From an uncultured virus (IMG/VR IMGVR_UViG_3300014073_000001) (lineage: Duplodnaviria; Heunggongvirae; Uroviricota; Caudoviricetes): a stretch of 64,000 nucleotides of DNA. Position numbers and translations under genes: made by a program. The stretch is taken from the IMG/VR virus record IMGVR_UViG_3300014073_000001; one strand, written 5' to 3'. The notes beneath the pieces are model-generated. The model did no database searches and was not told the origin of the DNA. It was given only the letters and a program-made list of their open reading frames with translations. Of the stretch, positions 1 to 10,313 are shown in pieces; position 1 is the stretch's first letter, and each line of letters opens with the position of its first letter.

Positions 1-2741
1 ACCTCTGAACTCTGTCTTATCAAAAAGCTGCCTAAATCCAATGCTTTGAGCATTTGGCCTTTATCGTCTGAATAATAATCACCGTATTCATCCATAAACA
101 TTATATTATAATATTGACCGACGAAATCAAATACGCAATTACCGACTCCACCCATATTGTCTTGCGCTTCAATTGTAACATTGTTTTGTGCGTTTAAAAT
201 AACATCTTGAGTTGAGATTCGGTATTCTATTACGGTTGGTGCCTCCATAAACTGAGTCCAATCCCGCCTTACTTTACCATTGACAAGTATTCTGTATTTG
301 ATAAGATCACCTTCAGGATCGCCTACTGTAGCACTTAAGCAGTCACCTGTTAATACTCCTGTTATTGTAGGGTTATCATTAGTACGAGTTAAGTATATGA
401 TAGTAGGAATGGCTGATTTATCGCCATCTGAAGCTTCAATTGTAATAGCATTCGTCCCTACCGGGCTAGACTCAACAGGAATTACAATATTAATTTCTTG
501 CGGACCAGCAGTTAGCTGAGTCCAAGGGACAATATCTTCCTGGTTGTTTACACTTATACGATATTGAACATCGTCTTCTTCTTTGTCTGTGATTAGCCCA
601 GTTAAAGTTGCACTTCCTACATGTATAGTGGAAGGTGACAAGTTCACATTTTGTATAACTGGCGCTTGGTTGGGGGGTAGAGATACTAGTATTTTCTCTA
701 CGTTTGGTCTGTACGTTGCCCATAACCTGTATCCTGAAGGGAGTGAGCTTGCACCTCGCAATAGAGGCTGATCTCCAAAGTTAAATGTGGCACTACTATA
801 AGACATTAATGCTGGGGCCCATTCCTGCCCTGATGGAATGCTGTATGAACCTTGATTCCCACTAGATGTTCGAATAGTTACCACATTTTTATCTAAATCA
901 ACACTAAACGATAGTGTTCCTACGGTGGCATTGGTTAAAGCTGTTACATAATTTTCGTCTATGTAAATTCCGCCGGTATTAGCGAATACATAGAAACTAT
1001 GTTTTCCGTCCCTAGATACAAGACCCTGCTTAGCCTGGTTAGCGTATGTCCCGTTAGCAGTAACTTCAAAGTAATACTTACCTTTACTTCTAAAAGCGTT
1101 ACTATAAGCAGGGTAAGTTTTTGTAGATATCACTGTCATACCGTCTTGTGAAAACGTAGCATCTTGACCATTGTCTATCCTGTAGTTATCGTAGTACTCT
1201 ATGTCTTGTACAGGAAGATACGACATTATGTCTAATTTAGTGGGTGTAAATATGTCAGCCCACATAGCAGTCGTAGCAGTATTAATATCTGACTCGGTCA
1301 TACCTACGGTTTCTACGTCTTCTTTATTACAAACACCGAAACCGTAAATAGGTATGGCCCTGTACATCTCTAGCTCAGTTATCTGTAGTCCACCAGTCGA
1401 TGTTGGGTGGTTAATATCCGTTACAACGAGTCTGTAATATAAGTACGCGGTAGAATTGGGAGCTGTATACTGGTAAAAAGTCTGTACACCGTTAGATAAT
1501 CCTGTTACAGATCTTGTGTCAAGTACAACCCACTCAGTTCCATTTACGCTTCCTTGAAATGTCCAGTCCTTGGGGAGTGCAGCACCATTAGATAGGTACA
1601 GATTTATACCGTACTTATTTATAACTACAGGGGCAGTAAACTTATACTGTAGAATAGTAGGGGATGCTACTGTTGCTCTAGTAGTCGCTGCGTAACCTGT
1701 CCATGGGTTAATAGACTTATCGAAAGCCTTGTACGGATCATAATTAGCTCCGAGTGACGTACTCCCGGACGCTACCCCAGATGGCACTATATTAGAAGTC
1801 ATAGTAGGTATAGCCGTAATTGTTTCACTACCGGGGTACCCTATGATACGTTTTCTATTATACCAGGTAACCCCGTTATCGAAGCTTACTAAGTACCTAC
1901 AATCTCTGCCTGTTACAGTTACCCCGTTTATCCCTGCGTACTTGCGCAGATCTATAGACGTAGTATTCTCAGTCTGTAAGCCACCACCGGTAGTTGTTAC
2001 TTTAGGGATGGGCTTGTAGTCAGCATCGTCTACGTATAGCGATAGTTCTGGTGAGTTAAGTATTGCGTACGTTCCCGCGCTATCCACGTATTTAAGAACA
2101 TCATCGTTAAACCCGTTCTCTATAAAGATGTCAGAACTAGGCTCATCTGTGCCTAAAGATACTAAATCAACAGTAGGTGAACTCCTAAATACTCTAAATC
2201 CTCTTAGATAGAGGCTACTAATTAACTGTGGGCTATCAATCGCAGAGACATTAATCCTGATTTTAGACGCGTATTTTGGTAAAGGTAGCGTGTAGTAAGC
2301 CATTGGATACGGATCGTCTATAGGATTATAGGAGTCGTATGTAGCATTTGATACAGTATGTATAACTTCCCAATCTGTACCCTCAGAACTAGACTCCAAC
2401 GTCCAAGATATAGGGCGTCCAATAGGGTTACTGTTAGTTTCCCCTGTTACGGAATAACCCCCTATTAGTACCGTTTCCGGAAAGTCATAACGTAACCAAC
2501 CCGTTTTAATTCCAGAAGTTGTAACCCAGCTCTGCGTGGGATTCCCCATCATTGCTCTAAATGCTCGAGTATACTGGCTGCTCTCGGAACTGGCGCTAGC
2601 TACACCGCTTGGGGTGGTATTTGAAGACATTAATGGGATACATGTTGAACTTTCTAGGTTAAAATTTATCTCGCACTTATAGTACTCGCGTTGTAAGCTT
2701 GAGTTAAGGGCAGATAATAAGTATTTTTTTGTAACTGCCAC
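1..2741 (-). CDS. Tail fibre/receptor-binding protein, partial (>910 aa, runs off left edge); two F5/8C(discoidin)-like repeats, SPRY-like domain, Ig-like repeats
   Basis: Absent from the ORF track because no stop lies in the window. GTG at 2741 directly follows the upstream stop and gives MAVTKKYLLS... It contains IPLMSSNTTPSGVASASS and IPTMTSNSAPSGVASGS repeats, SPRY-like KGKYYFEV...FNFGDQP, and is still in frame at the window edge (..DDKGQMLKALDLGSFLIRQSSE). Confidence 0.75.
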   Translation of the reverse strand, partial: MAVTKKYLLSALNSSLQREYYKCEINFNLESSTCIPLMSSNTTPSGVASASSESSQYTRAFRAMMGNPTQSWVTTSGIKTGWLRYDFPETVLIGGYSVTGETNSNPIGRPISWTLESSSEGTDWEVIHTVSNATYDSYNPIDDPYPMAYYTLPLPKYASKIRINVSAIDSPQLISSLYLRGFRVFRSSPTVDLVSLGTDEPSSDIFIENGFNDDVLKYVDSAGTYAILNSPELSLYVDDADYKPIPKVTTTGGGLQTENTTSIDLRKYAGINGVTVTGRDCRYLVSFDNGVTWYNRKRIIGYPGSETITAIPTMTSNIVPSGVASGSTSLGANYDPYKAFDKSINPWTGYAATTRATVASPTILQYKFTAPVVINKYGINLYLSNGAALPKDWTFQGSVNGTEWVVLDTRSVTGLSNGVQTFYQYTAPNSTAYLYYRLVVTDINHPTSTGGLQITELEMYRAIPIYGFGVCNKEDVETVGMTESDINTATTAMWADIFTPTKLDIMSYLPVQDIEYYDNYRIDNGQDATFSQDGMTVISTKTYPAYSNAFRSKGKYYFEVTANGTYANQAKQGLVSRDGKHSFYVFANTGGIYIDENYVTALTNATVGTLSFSVDLDKNVVTIRTSSGNQGSYSIPSGQEWAPALMSYSSATFNFGDQPLLRGASSLPSGYRLWATYRPNVEKILVSLPPNQAPVIQNVNLSPSTIHVGSATLTGLITDKEEDDVQYRISVNNQEDIVPWTQLTAGPQEINIVIPVESSPVGTNAITIEASDGDKSAIPTIIYLTRTNDNPTITGVLTGDCLSATVGDPEGDLIKYRILVNGKVRRDWTQFMEAPTVIEYRISTQDVILNAQNNVTIEAQDNMGGVGNCVFDFVGQYYNIMFMDEYGDYYSDDKGQMLKALDLGSFLIRQSSE

Positions 2742-4286
2742 TTACAACACCTCTACTTTTTTTACATAGTTACCTAGTTTAATAGTGAACTTCCTACCAG
2801 ACCCTAGTGTTGAGGTCGTGTACTCTTGTTCGTGTATAAAAGGTAACGACCTAGCTATTCCGCTAAATGCAACGTCTTCTGTTTTATAGCCACCATCGTA
2901 ACTGAGGAATGTTCGTTCCACTAACTCTCTCTTAAGGGCTTCTTTGGTTACTTTAAAAGATAGGTAACCTAGACCGCTAGGAAGTTGGTATTCGATCTTG
3001 CAGTTGTTTACTCCAGGAAGGAGGTCAGACGGGTTAATATCAAACTCTACGGTGCGAATATCTGCTGTTATTTCGCTGTAAGGTATTATTACTGTCGATC
3101 CTATAGATACTTTGTATTTACCCAGTACCTCGGCTATCCCTCGCGCCGAACCTTTAACGTGGACTACTTGTTCTTTATGTTGATGCGTAGGTGTAACAAG
3201 GAGATTGAAGTCATTACTGATATTCGTATCGAAATCAAATACAGGTAACTCGACTGCTTCTCTATTTGAGGCTATTCGGTCTGCTTGGTGTTCTTCAAGT
3301 ACGGTTACACCATCCTTATTAGAGGATCTGATAGTATCAGCAGCCATATCCATGACGATTTCGTTGTTAAGAACACGAGCACCATTTACACGGGGGCCTA
3401 CACCTAGTAGCTGCTCTACCCGTATTACAGGTTTAATTTTCCGAGTTAAAGATCCAACACCTACTAGCTGTTCTACACGTATTACCTGTTTGGTTGCTCT
3501 GGTTAGCGATCCTAGGGAATCTAGACACCCCGTTTCGTAAGAAGGCTTAATAGCTGAGCGCTCACAGGACTCTGTGGACGCGAACTCGTACCCGGTTACT
3601 TCAAGATAAGGCGTAGCCTCTACTACGTACGCATCCTCCGGGGGTGTAAAGGTTTCTGTGTATAAGGCTTTGCCATTTATTACTAAAAATTCGTCTATTG
3701 TCCCCGACATGGCGTACTGTTTGTTGCGACCTACGCCTAAGTAGCTAGGGTTGGACTTATTAAAGTATATGGGGCTCGAGTCTCCTACATCCAGTGTAAG
3801 CGTGTTTACCCCGGACATAAACGCCTTTATATACCTACCCGCTCTACATAGCGCTACATGCGTGTATGTTCCCCTGGTTAAAGGAGGCCCCATATCCTGG
3901 GCAATGTTATTACTTATCCCATTCGCACTCATATATAGGTTTGAGGAGCGAACTGACCCGTTACATAAACCCAATCCTGGTACGCCTGTCGCCGAGTTAA
4001 GGGAGAGTACAAGTAGTTCTTTATTGCTCATATCTACTGTCGGACGTACCCACAGAGCGATGGTAAAGTCGTTAATACCAAAGTTAAATAACTCAGCCTT
4101 CGTATCTAACTGGATGTACGTATTAGATAGGGAAAGCGCTCCCGTACCTGTCTTTTGAAGACTTGTGTCTATTGTTGCATTATTTTTATTAACTACTATT
4201 CCCGGTATGTTGCCGTTAATAGACGCCACATCGTCGAAATTCATAAGGAGGTAACTTTCTTCCCTTACTCCTGTAATTAATGGCAT
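2742..4286 (-). CDS. LamG/concanavalin-A-like domain tail-associated protein
   Basis: 514-aa ORF with AGGAGG RBS. LamG-like motifs DFTIALWVRP, YTHVALCR, GTIDEFLV. Short internal repeat VIRVEQLxGVG. Confidence 0.7.
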   Translation of the reverse strand: MPLITGVREESYLLMNFDDVASINGNIPGIVVNKNNATIDTSLQKTGTGALSLSNTYIQLDTKAELFNFGINDFTIALWVRPTVDMSNKELLVLSLNSATGVPGLGLCNGSVRSSNLYMSANGISNNIAQDMGPPLTRGTYTHVALCRAGRYIKAFMSGVNTLTLDVGDSSPIYFNKSNPSYLGVGRNKQYAMSGTIDEFLVINGKALYTETFTPPEDAYVVEATPYLEVTGYEFASTESCERSAIKPSYETGCLDSLGSLTRATKQVIRVEQLVGVGSLTRKIKPVIRVEQLLGVGPRVNGARVLNNEIVMDMAADTIRSSNKDGVTVLEEHQADRIASNREAVELPVFDFDTNISNDFNLLVTPTHQHKEQVVHVKGSARGIAEVLGKYKVSIGSTVIIPYSEITADIRTVEFDINPSDLLPGVNNCKIEYQLPSGLGYLSFKVTKEALKRELVERTFLSYDGGYKTEDVAFSGIARSLPFIHEQEYTTSTLGSGRKFTIKLGNYVKKVEVL

Positions 4287-4301
4287 AACGGGTTACCTCC
4301 T

Positions 4302-5270
4302 TTAAGATACTCTGATTGCGTAGTAGTTTGTAAGATCTAAGGGGATAATTTTGTATCCTCCTATTTGACCTAGGATAACTTTATAAGTGTACTGCCCGTC
4401 TGAGATTAAGTCACCATCATACAAACCAGAGAAAACATATACGCCAGCGGTAGTCTTTGGTACAACGAACAGGTCCTTTAGTAGCATTAGCATACCCTCA
4501 TAAGATCCACCACAGACTAAATCGAGTAGCATAAAGCTTCCTGTTACGTTTCTAGTCTTGAACATAGGACTTGTATCCAGTTTATATATAGGGTTAATGT
4601 CGTATGTTTTCAAAACAGGGTCATTACCAATACTAGAATATACGGATACCCCTTGATAGTAAAAACCCCCATTTCCTTGATTTCTTCTAGTTCCAAAAAC
4701 AATTAACCCTTTGGATGACGCAGAGTCCGTGGACGATGTTGAATATAGCTCGGGTGCCCCTATATACCACAGGGAACTTTTCCCATAAAATCCACTATAA
4801 GTTGCTGAAGCATCAGACGTAAACAACCCCTCAGGTAAGGTAATAGCTACTATTGCCCTATCCTTATTAATAAAAAACCTTATTGAAAAGAGGGTGGAAC
4901 TTGAAGGGGGTGTAAATACTCCGTCAAACCCATTCCCCGCATGAATAGGGAGGGCAAGTCCATACGTAGCGAATCCACCATCTACACCAGAACCAATAAA
5001 GACTCCCGCACTTCCCGAGACTCCCGGTGTATACTTTAAATAAGGCTTAGTAATCATACCCGCGTGCGATTCAGGCGCAAACGTTTGAAAGTAATAATTC
5101 TTTGTTCCACTTTCTCCGGTACTGTACCATACGTCGCCATCTGTTGCGTAGTTGCTTGTAATGTTTTCCCACCCAGCAGCGGCCAGCTTGGCTTTAAACC
5201 AAGCGTAGAAGTCGCCGTATGTAACCTGCTCACTCATAAAAATTGCAGGCTCGTACATTTCTGAAGCCAT
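4302..5270 (-). CDS. Virion structural/tail-fibre-associated protein (paralog of 5283-6146)
   Basis: 322-aa ORF sharing KLAAAGW, YTPGVSG and GGSYEG motifs with the neighbouring 287-aa protein. Confidence 0.6.
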   Translation of the reverse strand: MASEMYEPAIFMSEQVTYGDFYAWFKAKLAAAGWENITSNYATDGDVWYSTGESGTKNYYFQTFAPESHAGMITKPYLKYTPGVSGSAGVFIGSGVDGGFATYGLALPIHAGNGFDGVFTPPSSSTLFSIRFFINKDRAIVAITLPEGLFTSDASATYSGFYGKSSLWYIGAPELYSTSSTDSASSKGLIVFGTRRNQGNGGFYYQGVSVYSSIGNDPVLKTYDINPIYKLDTSPMFKTRNVTGSFMLLDLVCGGSYEGMLMLLKDLFVVPKTTAGVYVFSGLYDGDLISDGQYTYKVILGQIGGYKIIPLDLTNYYAIRVS

Positions 5271-5282
5271 GTTTTTATCCTC

Positions 5283-6146
5283 CTACTCTGTACGCACCGC
5301 TAGAGCCAAACTTTGGAAAGAGTTGTAACCTTGAGATTGACATACTAGGGCGTAGTATTTCTTAGCACCAATTGTGATAGTGTCTCCTGTAACCAGATTT
5401 CCTAGAGGGAGGGCATAAATCCCGTCAAGCTTACCACGTACACCCTCAGTTGCGCTACCATAGTAAATATGAGATACTGCGTACTTACCCGCGTTATTGG
5501 GGTTTTTAGGAGAGATGGTTGCGTAAGTAGACACAGTATAAGTTGCTGTAACAGTCCCCAACCCGGATGGGGTATTGCATATAGATATTGTATTAGCTCC
5601 AGGACCATTAGCAGTAGTACCAAATAGGACTCCACGACTGGCCCCTTCTGTACAGTATAGGCTATCCGGCAGACCCATGTATATTAGCATAGGTCCTAAA
5701 TTGGTAGCATAGGGGTACTCCATCGCTAGTATGATCTTGCTGGCATCTGCGTATACTTTGTAATTAATTGTAGTATCCATAGGAAGTGTTCCAGTTGTCT
5801 GCGTTGTAGGTACAATGTCCAGTGCTGACCAAGCTAAGGCGGATCTACCAAATGTTCCTGCTACGCCTGCTGCTCCAGGAGTATAAGTATCTTGCAGTCT
5901 ATACGATATTGTGCAGTACGCAGTTGTCTTAACAGAGTTAGCATTAGAAGCATTGGTATCTCTAATATTTAGCACAAGAGCCTGGTCGCCTGTATTACCA
6001 GCTGATTTTAGGACAGTACCATCTGAAGAAGCTAGAGATGCTACAGAAGTCCACCCTGCTGCAACCAATTTACTAACAATTAGATCGAATATACCGCTCT
6101 TAGCAACTGTACCACTCTGGAAAATATAATCTGTAGGAATAGCCAT
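5283..6146 (-). CDS. Virion structural/tail-fibre-associated protein
   Basis: 287-aa ORF with GGAGG RBS. KLVAAGW...YTPGAAGVAG...EGVRGKLDGIY resembles Bacillus myophage tail-module proteins. Confidence 0.6.
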   Translation of the reverse strand: MAIPTDYIFQSGTVAKSGIFDLIVSKLVAAGWTSVASLASSDGTVLKSAGNTGDQALVLNIRDTNASNANSVKTTAYCTISYRLQDTYTPGAAGVAGTFGRSALAWSALDIVPTTQTTGTLPMDTTINYKVYADASKIILAMEYPYATNLGPMLIYMGLPDSLYCTEGASRGVLFGTTANGPGANTISICNTPSGLGTVTATYTVSTYATISPKNPNNAGKYAVSHIYYGSATEGVRGKLDGIYALPLGNLVTGDTITIGAKKYYALVCQSQGYNSFQSLALAVRTE

Positions 6147-6164
6147 TAAAATTTACCTCCATAG

Positions 6165-6199
6165 AACTAACAGCAGATATCAATTATCTGCTGTTAGTT
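6165..6199. terminator. Inverted repeat (stem-loop) between gene blocks
   Basis: AACTAACAGCAGAT-n7-ATCTGCTGTTAGTT, a 14-bp perfect stem. Confidence 0.55.
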
Positions 6200-6237
6200 A
6201 ATCATTATTATTTTCTACTTATCGAGATTGATAAAAA

Positions 6238-6723
6238 TCAGGTGTAAAAGTATTGAATACGAAGCCTGAAATCATGTTTGCCGGCTGGCGCATTTAAGGG
6301 GACGCCTACTTTGAAAGTCATCTTAGAGTGGTTCTCTGCTGCTTCTTCCATAATGCCGCTATTAGCAATACCTTTAACAAGATTGCCCTCCGCAGCAGTT
6401 ACGCCCTGGGCACGAACAGGGCGAGCATCAACTCCACCAATAGCAGAGAACTTCTTGACTCCCCCAACTACTTCAGCCGTAGTATCGACCAGAACTTTCA
6501 TCCATCTCTCAGTAATCATTTTCGATTGATCACCAGCAGTGCCATCCAGGCAGGTTACACTAACATCTTGCATATCGGATACATCTTCCGCGCCGCCTTT
6601 GTTGTTCCAAACAACGACGTTTAGAGTAGGCGATTCGGTATTCGCATCTACTTCACCGATATCCCATCGATCAACGACAGCAGAGCTGCCTTCGTTATAA
6701 AATGTCACTAGAGGTTGAGCCAT
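6238..6723 (-). CDS. Phage structural protein (WNN-motif family, paralog of 12005-12451)
   Basis: ATG 6723 follows an AAGGAG RBS. VVWNNKGG motif. Confidence 0.6.
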   Translation of the reverse strand: MAQPLVTFYNEGSSAVVDRWDIGEVDANTESPTLNVVVWNNKGGAEDVSDMQDVSVTCLDGTAGDQSKMITERWMKVLVDTTAEVVGGVKKFSAIGGVDARPVRAQGVTAAEGNLVKGIANSGIMEEAAENHSKMTFKVGVPLNAPAGKHDFRLRIQYFYT

Positions 6724-6816
6724 TATAACCACTCCTTATTTGTTTTAGTAAGTAACTGTTGTTCGTTTATACATTACCTGTGATTTGTTCAATAATCACA
6801 GAGTAATAATTAAAAA

Positions 6817-7239
6817 TTACATTGTTGCCAATACGGTAACGATTACGACTAAATTAACAAGTCCTTCTTGACAATTTACGATGTTAAGTCGTAACGGCTC
6901 CATGTTAATCGGGTATTCTGAAAGGACTAGTTTCATTGCTGAATTTTTATTGGGGCTAACAACGATTTGATCAACTTTTTTCCAGATGCCGTCTTGCTTG
7001 CATTCAATATCGATAACTAGGTTTTCTGTTACGATTGCATCCGTAGGTAGGTTGACAAAAAGCTTATTGACCTTTCCATCATACGGAAATGGTATTTCTG
7101 TCTTTTGTTCGCCGAGATTGACGCGCGGAATGACAAATACTACATCTTTGTTAACGACCTTCATAGTATCAGTTGTAGCAAAGATTCGTTTAAAGCTGAC
7201 CAGGTCAACTTGCTCTACACGTAATTTGCCTACTGCCAT
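6817..7239 (-). CDS. Phage tail-associated protein (shares C-terminal domain with 11446-11988)
   Basis: 140 aa. EIPFPYDGKV...PINMEPLRL matches EIMFPYYGKI...PINGEVLRF. Confidence 0.6.
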   Translation of the reverse strand: MAVGKLRVEQVDLVSFKRIFATTDTMKVVNKDVVFVIPRVNLGEQKTEIPFPYDGKVNKLFVNLPTDAIVTENLVIDIECKQDGIWKKVDQIVVSPNKNSAMKLVLSEYPINMEPLRLNIVNCQEGLVNLVVIVTVLATM

Positions 7240-7377
7240 TCAGTATTCTCCTTCCTACCTTGCGTTGAAATCAATACGATTGCTCGAAGTTCATCTTCGC
7301 AAGGCTGTACTATTTATTTTTTATTAAAAGCAGGGGTAACTGCTTTGGGCCTATTTAATTGGGAAAGCTTTAAGAAT

Positions 7378-7992
7378 TTAAGGATTTTCTGGTGCTTCCA
7401 CTACGTTTTCAGAATATAGAAAGTCATAAATTAAGCTGACAACAAAATCCTTGTCAATGTTGAAACCATCATTCTCTTCTGTAAAATTCCATATGATTTT
7501 GTTGTCAGCTTTAACATAGGTCCAGTTGCTATCTTTATATAGCAATCCATTAATGAATACCTGAATAGGACTGCATGGTTTGTATTTGAGTACAAACTCC
7601 GTAGTTGGCATCTCAGAGATAACGACAATGTCTTGACTAAAGTCCTCAAAACGGTTTTGATTCTTCAACTGCTGTATTTCTTGGTTGAGCTTAACAATGG
7701 CTGATAAAATATTAACATCGAGTTTCTGAAGTTCAATTAATAAAGTCGGATCAGTTGTAAAATCTCCTATCACACTGTTCTGCTGATTAATGGTAGTCGC
7801 AACAGAAGCTTGCAAAGTTTTAAGCGTGCTCAAAAGCTCGTTGATCCCTTGAATAACATTTTGCTTTCCTGTGTTGAGTCCTTTATTGAGCGCTGCAACA
7901 GTGCTTTTAGGAAGAAGTGAATTCGTATTTAGATTTTCTATCAGTACATCAGATTGCATTTGATGCAATTGCGGTGGTTGCGTGTAAGGCAT
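7378..7992 (-). CDS. Phage tail-fibre-associated protein, coiled-coil N-terminus
   Basis: ATG 7992 is best spaced from the GAGGAGG RBS. NTGKQNVIQGINEL motif and C-terminal QVFINGLLY beta domain. Confidence 0.6.
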   Translation of the reverse strand: MPYTQPPQLHQMQSDVLIENLNTNSLLPKSTVAALNKGLNTGKQNVIQGINELLSTLKTLQASVATTINQQNSVIGDFTTDPTLLIELQKLDVNILSAIVKLNQEIQQLKNQNRFEDFSQDIVVISEMPTTEFVLKYKPCSPIQVFINGLLYKDSNWTYVKADNKIIWNFTEENDGFNIDKDFVVSLIYDFLYSENVVEAPENP

Positions 7993-8009
7993 TATCATGC
8001 CCTCCTCTC

Positions 8010-10235
8010 TTACTTGTATTTAACAAGTTTATATATCCGGTTGCCCATTGAGGAGCCACCGAAGCTGATGATTTCCGTTTCGTTATCATAATCAACAGCA
8101 CCATCTGGACTAAGCTTGGTTTCACCAGCAGCGAACTCAATTGACGTCGGATGAGGTACACCATTAGGGTCATGGATACGATTAGCTTCATAACCGATCC
8201 AACGAACTTCTACTTTGTTGTCAGATCCGTTATAGTCCGTTCCGTAGAATTCTTCAAGGGTGAATTTGTGGGCAGGATTCCATTCCGAAATCTCTGACAA
8301 CATAATTTGTACACCCTCGAATCCAGAGAGTACAAATTCATATTCCCATTCATATGGACTTCCAGCATCCTGAGGCTTAACTGTTACAGAGATTGTCGGC
8401 TTAATATTGCCGGTATTCGAAATCCCTGCAGGCAAAACAATATCACCAGTTAAAGTATAAGTTCCTGTAACAGCTGGATCGAATAAGCCTTGATGCCAGG
8501 TTGTATTAATCTGTGCAGTACTACTATCGCTTAAGTTAACAGTGGTTTTTGCCGGCAATCCTAATGAATTAAAAGGTGTTCCATAAGCGACATTGATTGG
8601 AGACAATGCGAAAAAGGAAAGGATGTTTTTCAGTTCTCCGCTGCCACCTTCTAAGGCAACAATTCTTGCAAATGCCGCAGCGAGCTGTTCTTCCAGAGAG
8701 ACTACCTTGGCAACATTGGCAGTAAGAACAGCAGTGTCAGCCTTCTGCTCTAATCCTGCTTGAACGCCCGCTAAGTCGCCCTGAATCGTTGATATTGTGC
8801 TTTGCAAACCTGTCACGGAAGATGCATCTGCCTTATTAGCAACAATTGTCTGAAGAGACATTACTACTTCTGCTTCAGCTTTTGAATTAACAGCGTTAGC
8901 TACTAGGCTAAGTTCTGACTTATCAGCTTTGTTGTTAACGGTAGTTGCTAAGGATGTCAAGACAGACTTATCAGCCTTACTGGTTTGAAGATCAGTGATG
9001 TCTGCTTTAACCAGGCTATCGTCGTAACCAGGCTCAGAGCCAATACTATTTAATTTATCGCGCACTTCTTGCGAAAGATCAGTTTCAGCAATACTATCAT
9101 TTTTCTTACGGTAATCTGTTAGTGCACTCGCATCTGCTTTGACGCCCAATTCGGTTTTGGTAGCAAGATCTGCCAAAGCTGTTATATCTGCTTTCGTTGA
9201 TAAAGCACTCTTGTCAGCTTTACTATCCTGAAGGGTCACAATATCGGCTTTAATACCAGTATCGTCATACCCTGTCCCTGCGCCGATTCCGTTTAATTTA
9301 TCACGGACAGCCTGAGTCAAATCTGTCTCCGTAATAACATCCACCATTTTTCTATATGAGACAAGCTCAGATTTATCGGCCTTAGTTGTATCTAAATCAT
9401 GTAGGTAAGTGCGAACTGAAGTATCATCATAAGGAGTCGCTGCTGCATTTATCTTGTCGATAACGGTTTGAGCGAGATCATTTTCGGCGATCTTATCATT
9501 ACTCTTTCTGTATCCTATTAATTCTACTTTGTCGGCCTTTCCGGTTAAATCGGTCTTGTCGGCTTTGTTAACAAGAGCAGTCTCTGTAGCTCCGACTCGA
9601 TTCACAAAAGAAGTATCGAGATCGCTTTCAGCAATCTTGTCACTCATTTTTCGAAAGCTGGTTAGTTCGATTTTATCGGCTTTACCGCTTACAGTGTTCT
9701 CTAAAGCATTAACTTTATTGCTAAGAGTGGTGTCAGTAGTTTGCCGCGCAAGCTGAATATAGCGCTTACTTGTCGCATCAAAACGATACATTACATCATT
9801 ATCTTTAGCGATATAGATAGATTTTTCTACGCCAGCTGCAGGAAAAACCATTATACTTTCATATTCAAAAATTTTAGTTGGCGTAACAGTCCCACCACCG
9901 CTCCCGCCAGCCATCGTTTGATAAGCATCACCGTCCCAGAAAAACAGTGTTTTTTCACTCTTAGCTACAAAGAGCTTTTCTGGAAGGCCAAAATCAGGTA
10001 ATTGCTCAATACTATCCACAACTACAATATCAGATAACTTTTGAAGAGGTCGCCCAGAACCTGCACCATAAAAAAGTTCCGCAGTATCGGTATAAATAAT
10101 AACATTTTTTTCTTCTTTCAAAGGCAAGTTTTGTTTCGTCGAATATTTCAACACAGCATTGACTGGTGCTTTTTGCTTAATTTCCACTGTCTTGTCTTTC
10201 AGCTTAGGATTTTTAAAGCTAATAGTTGACGACAT
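8010..10235 (-). CDS. Tail fibre-like protein with KADK repeats and a Big_4-type Ig-like domain
   Basis: ATG 10235 follows AAGGGGG (ORF track starts at 10256). Many KADK / YDDT / IAExDL repeats. Ig-like segment PINVAYGTPFNSLGLPAKTTV...TGTYTLTG. Confidence 0.7.
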   Translation of the reverse strand: MSSTISFKNPKLKDKTVEIKQKAPVNAVLKYSTKQNLPLKEEKNVIIYTDTAELFYGAGSGRPLQKLSDIVVVDSIEQLPDFGLPEKLFVAKSEKTLFFWDGDAYQTMAGGSGGGTVTPTKIFEYESIMVFPAAGVEKSIYIAKDNDVMYRFDATSKRYIQLARQTTDTTLSNKVNALENTVSGKADKIELTSFRKMSDKIAESDLDTSFVNRVGATETALVNKADKTDLTGKADKVELIGYRKSNDKIAENDLAQTVIDKINAAATPYDDTSVRTYLHDLDTTKADKSELVSYRKMVDVITETDLTQAVRDKLNGIGAGTGYDDTGIKADIVTLQDSKADKSALSTKADITALADLATKTELGVKADASALTDYRKKNDSIAETDLSQEVRDKLNSIGSEPGYDDSLVKADITDLQTSKADKSVLTSLATTVNNKADKSELSLVANAVNSKAEAEVVMSLQTIVANKADASSVTGLQSTISTIQGDLAGVQAGLEQKADTAVLTANVAKVVSLEEQLAAAFARIVALEGGSGELKNILSFFALSPINVAYGTPFNSLGLPAKTTVNLSDSSTAQINTTWHQGLFDPAVTGTYTLTGDIVLPAGISNTGNIKPTISVTVKPQDAGSPYEWEYEFVLSGFEGVQIMLSEISEWNPAHKFTLEEFYGTDYNGSDNKVEVRWIGYEANRIHDPNGVPHPTSIEFAAGETKLSPDGAVDYDNETEIISFGGSSMGNRIYKLVKYK

Positions 10236-10278
10236 ACTTATGCCCCCTTTCAACAATAGGTTATATGTTTCATTGATA

Positions 10279-10284
10279 TATTAC
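10279..10284 (-). promoter_or_regulatory. GTAATA putative late-promoter element
   Basis: About 44 nt upstream of ATG 10235. The same motif recurs upstream of most transcription units. Confidence 0.45.
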
Positions 10285-10313
10285 TGGCTTAAACACACGA
10301 ATTGACATGAGGG

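Noticed and set aside
7240..7377. Possible C-terminal remnant of a deleted gene (EDELRAIVLISTQGRKENTEWQ*)
   Set aside because: Too short and without a recognisable motif to support a call.
8800..9700. Repeat array / CRISPR-like periodicity
   Set aside because: The repeats are degenerate protein-level KADK/YDD motifs within a CDS, not identical DNA repeats with spacers.
1..10256. Diversity-generating retroelement or invertase shufflon acting on fibre genes
   Set aside because: I see no reverse transcriptase, no TR/VR-like near-identical repeat pair, no recombinase and no inverted cassettes.
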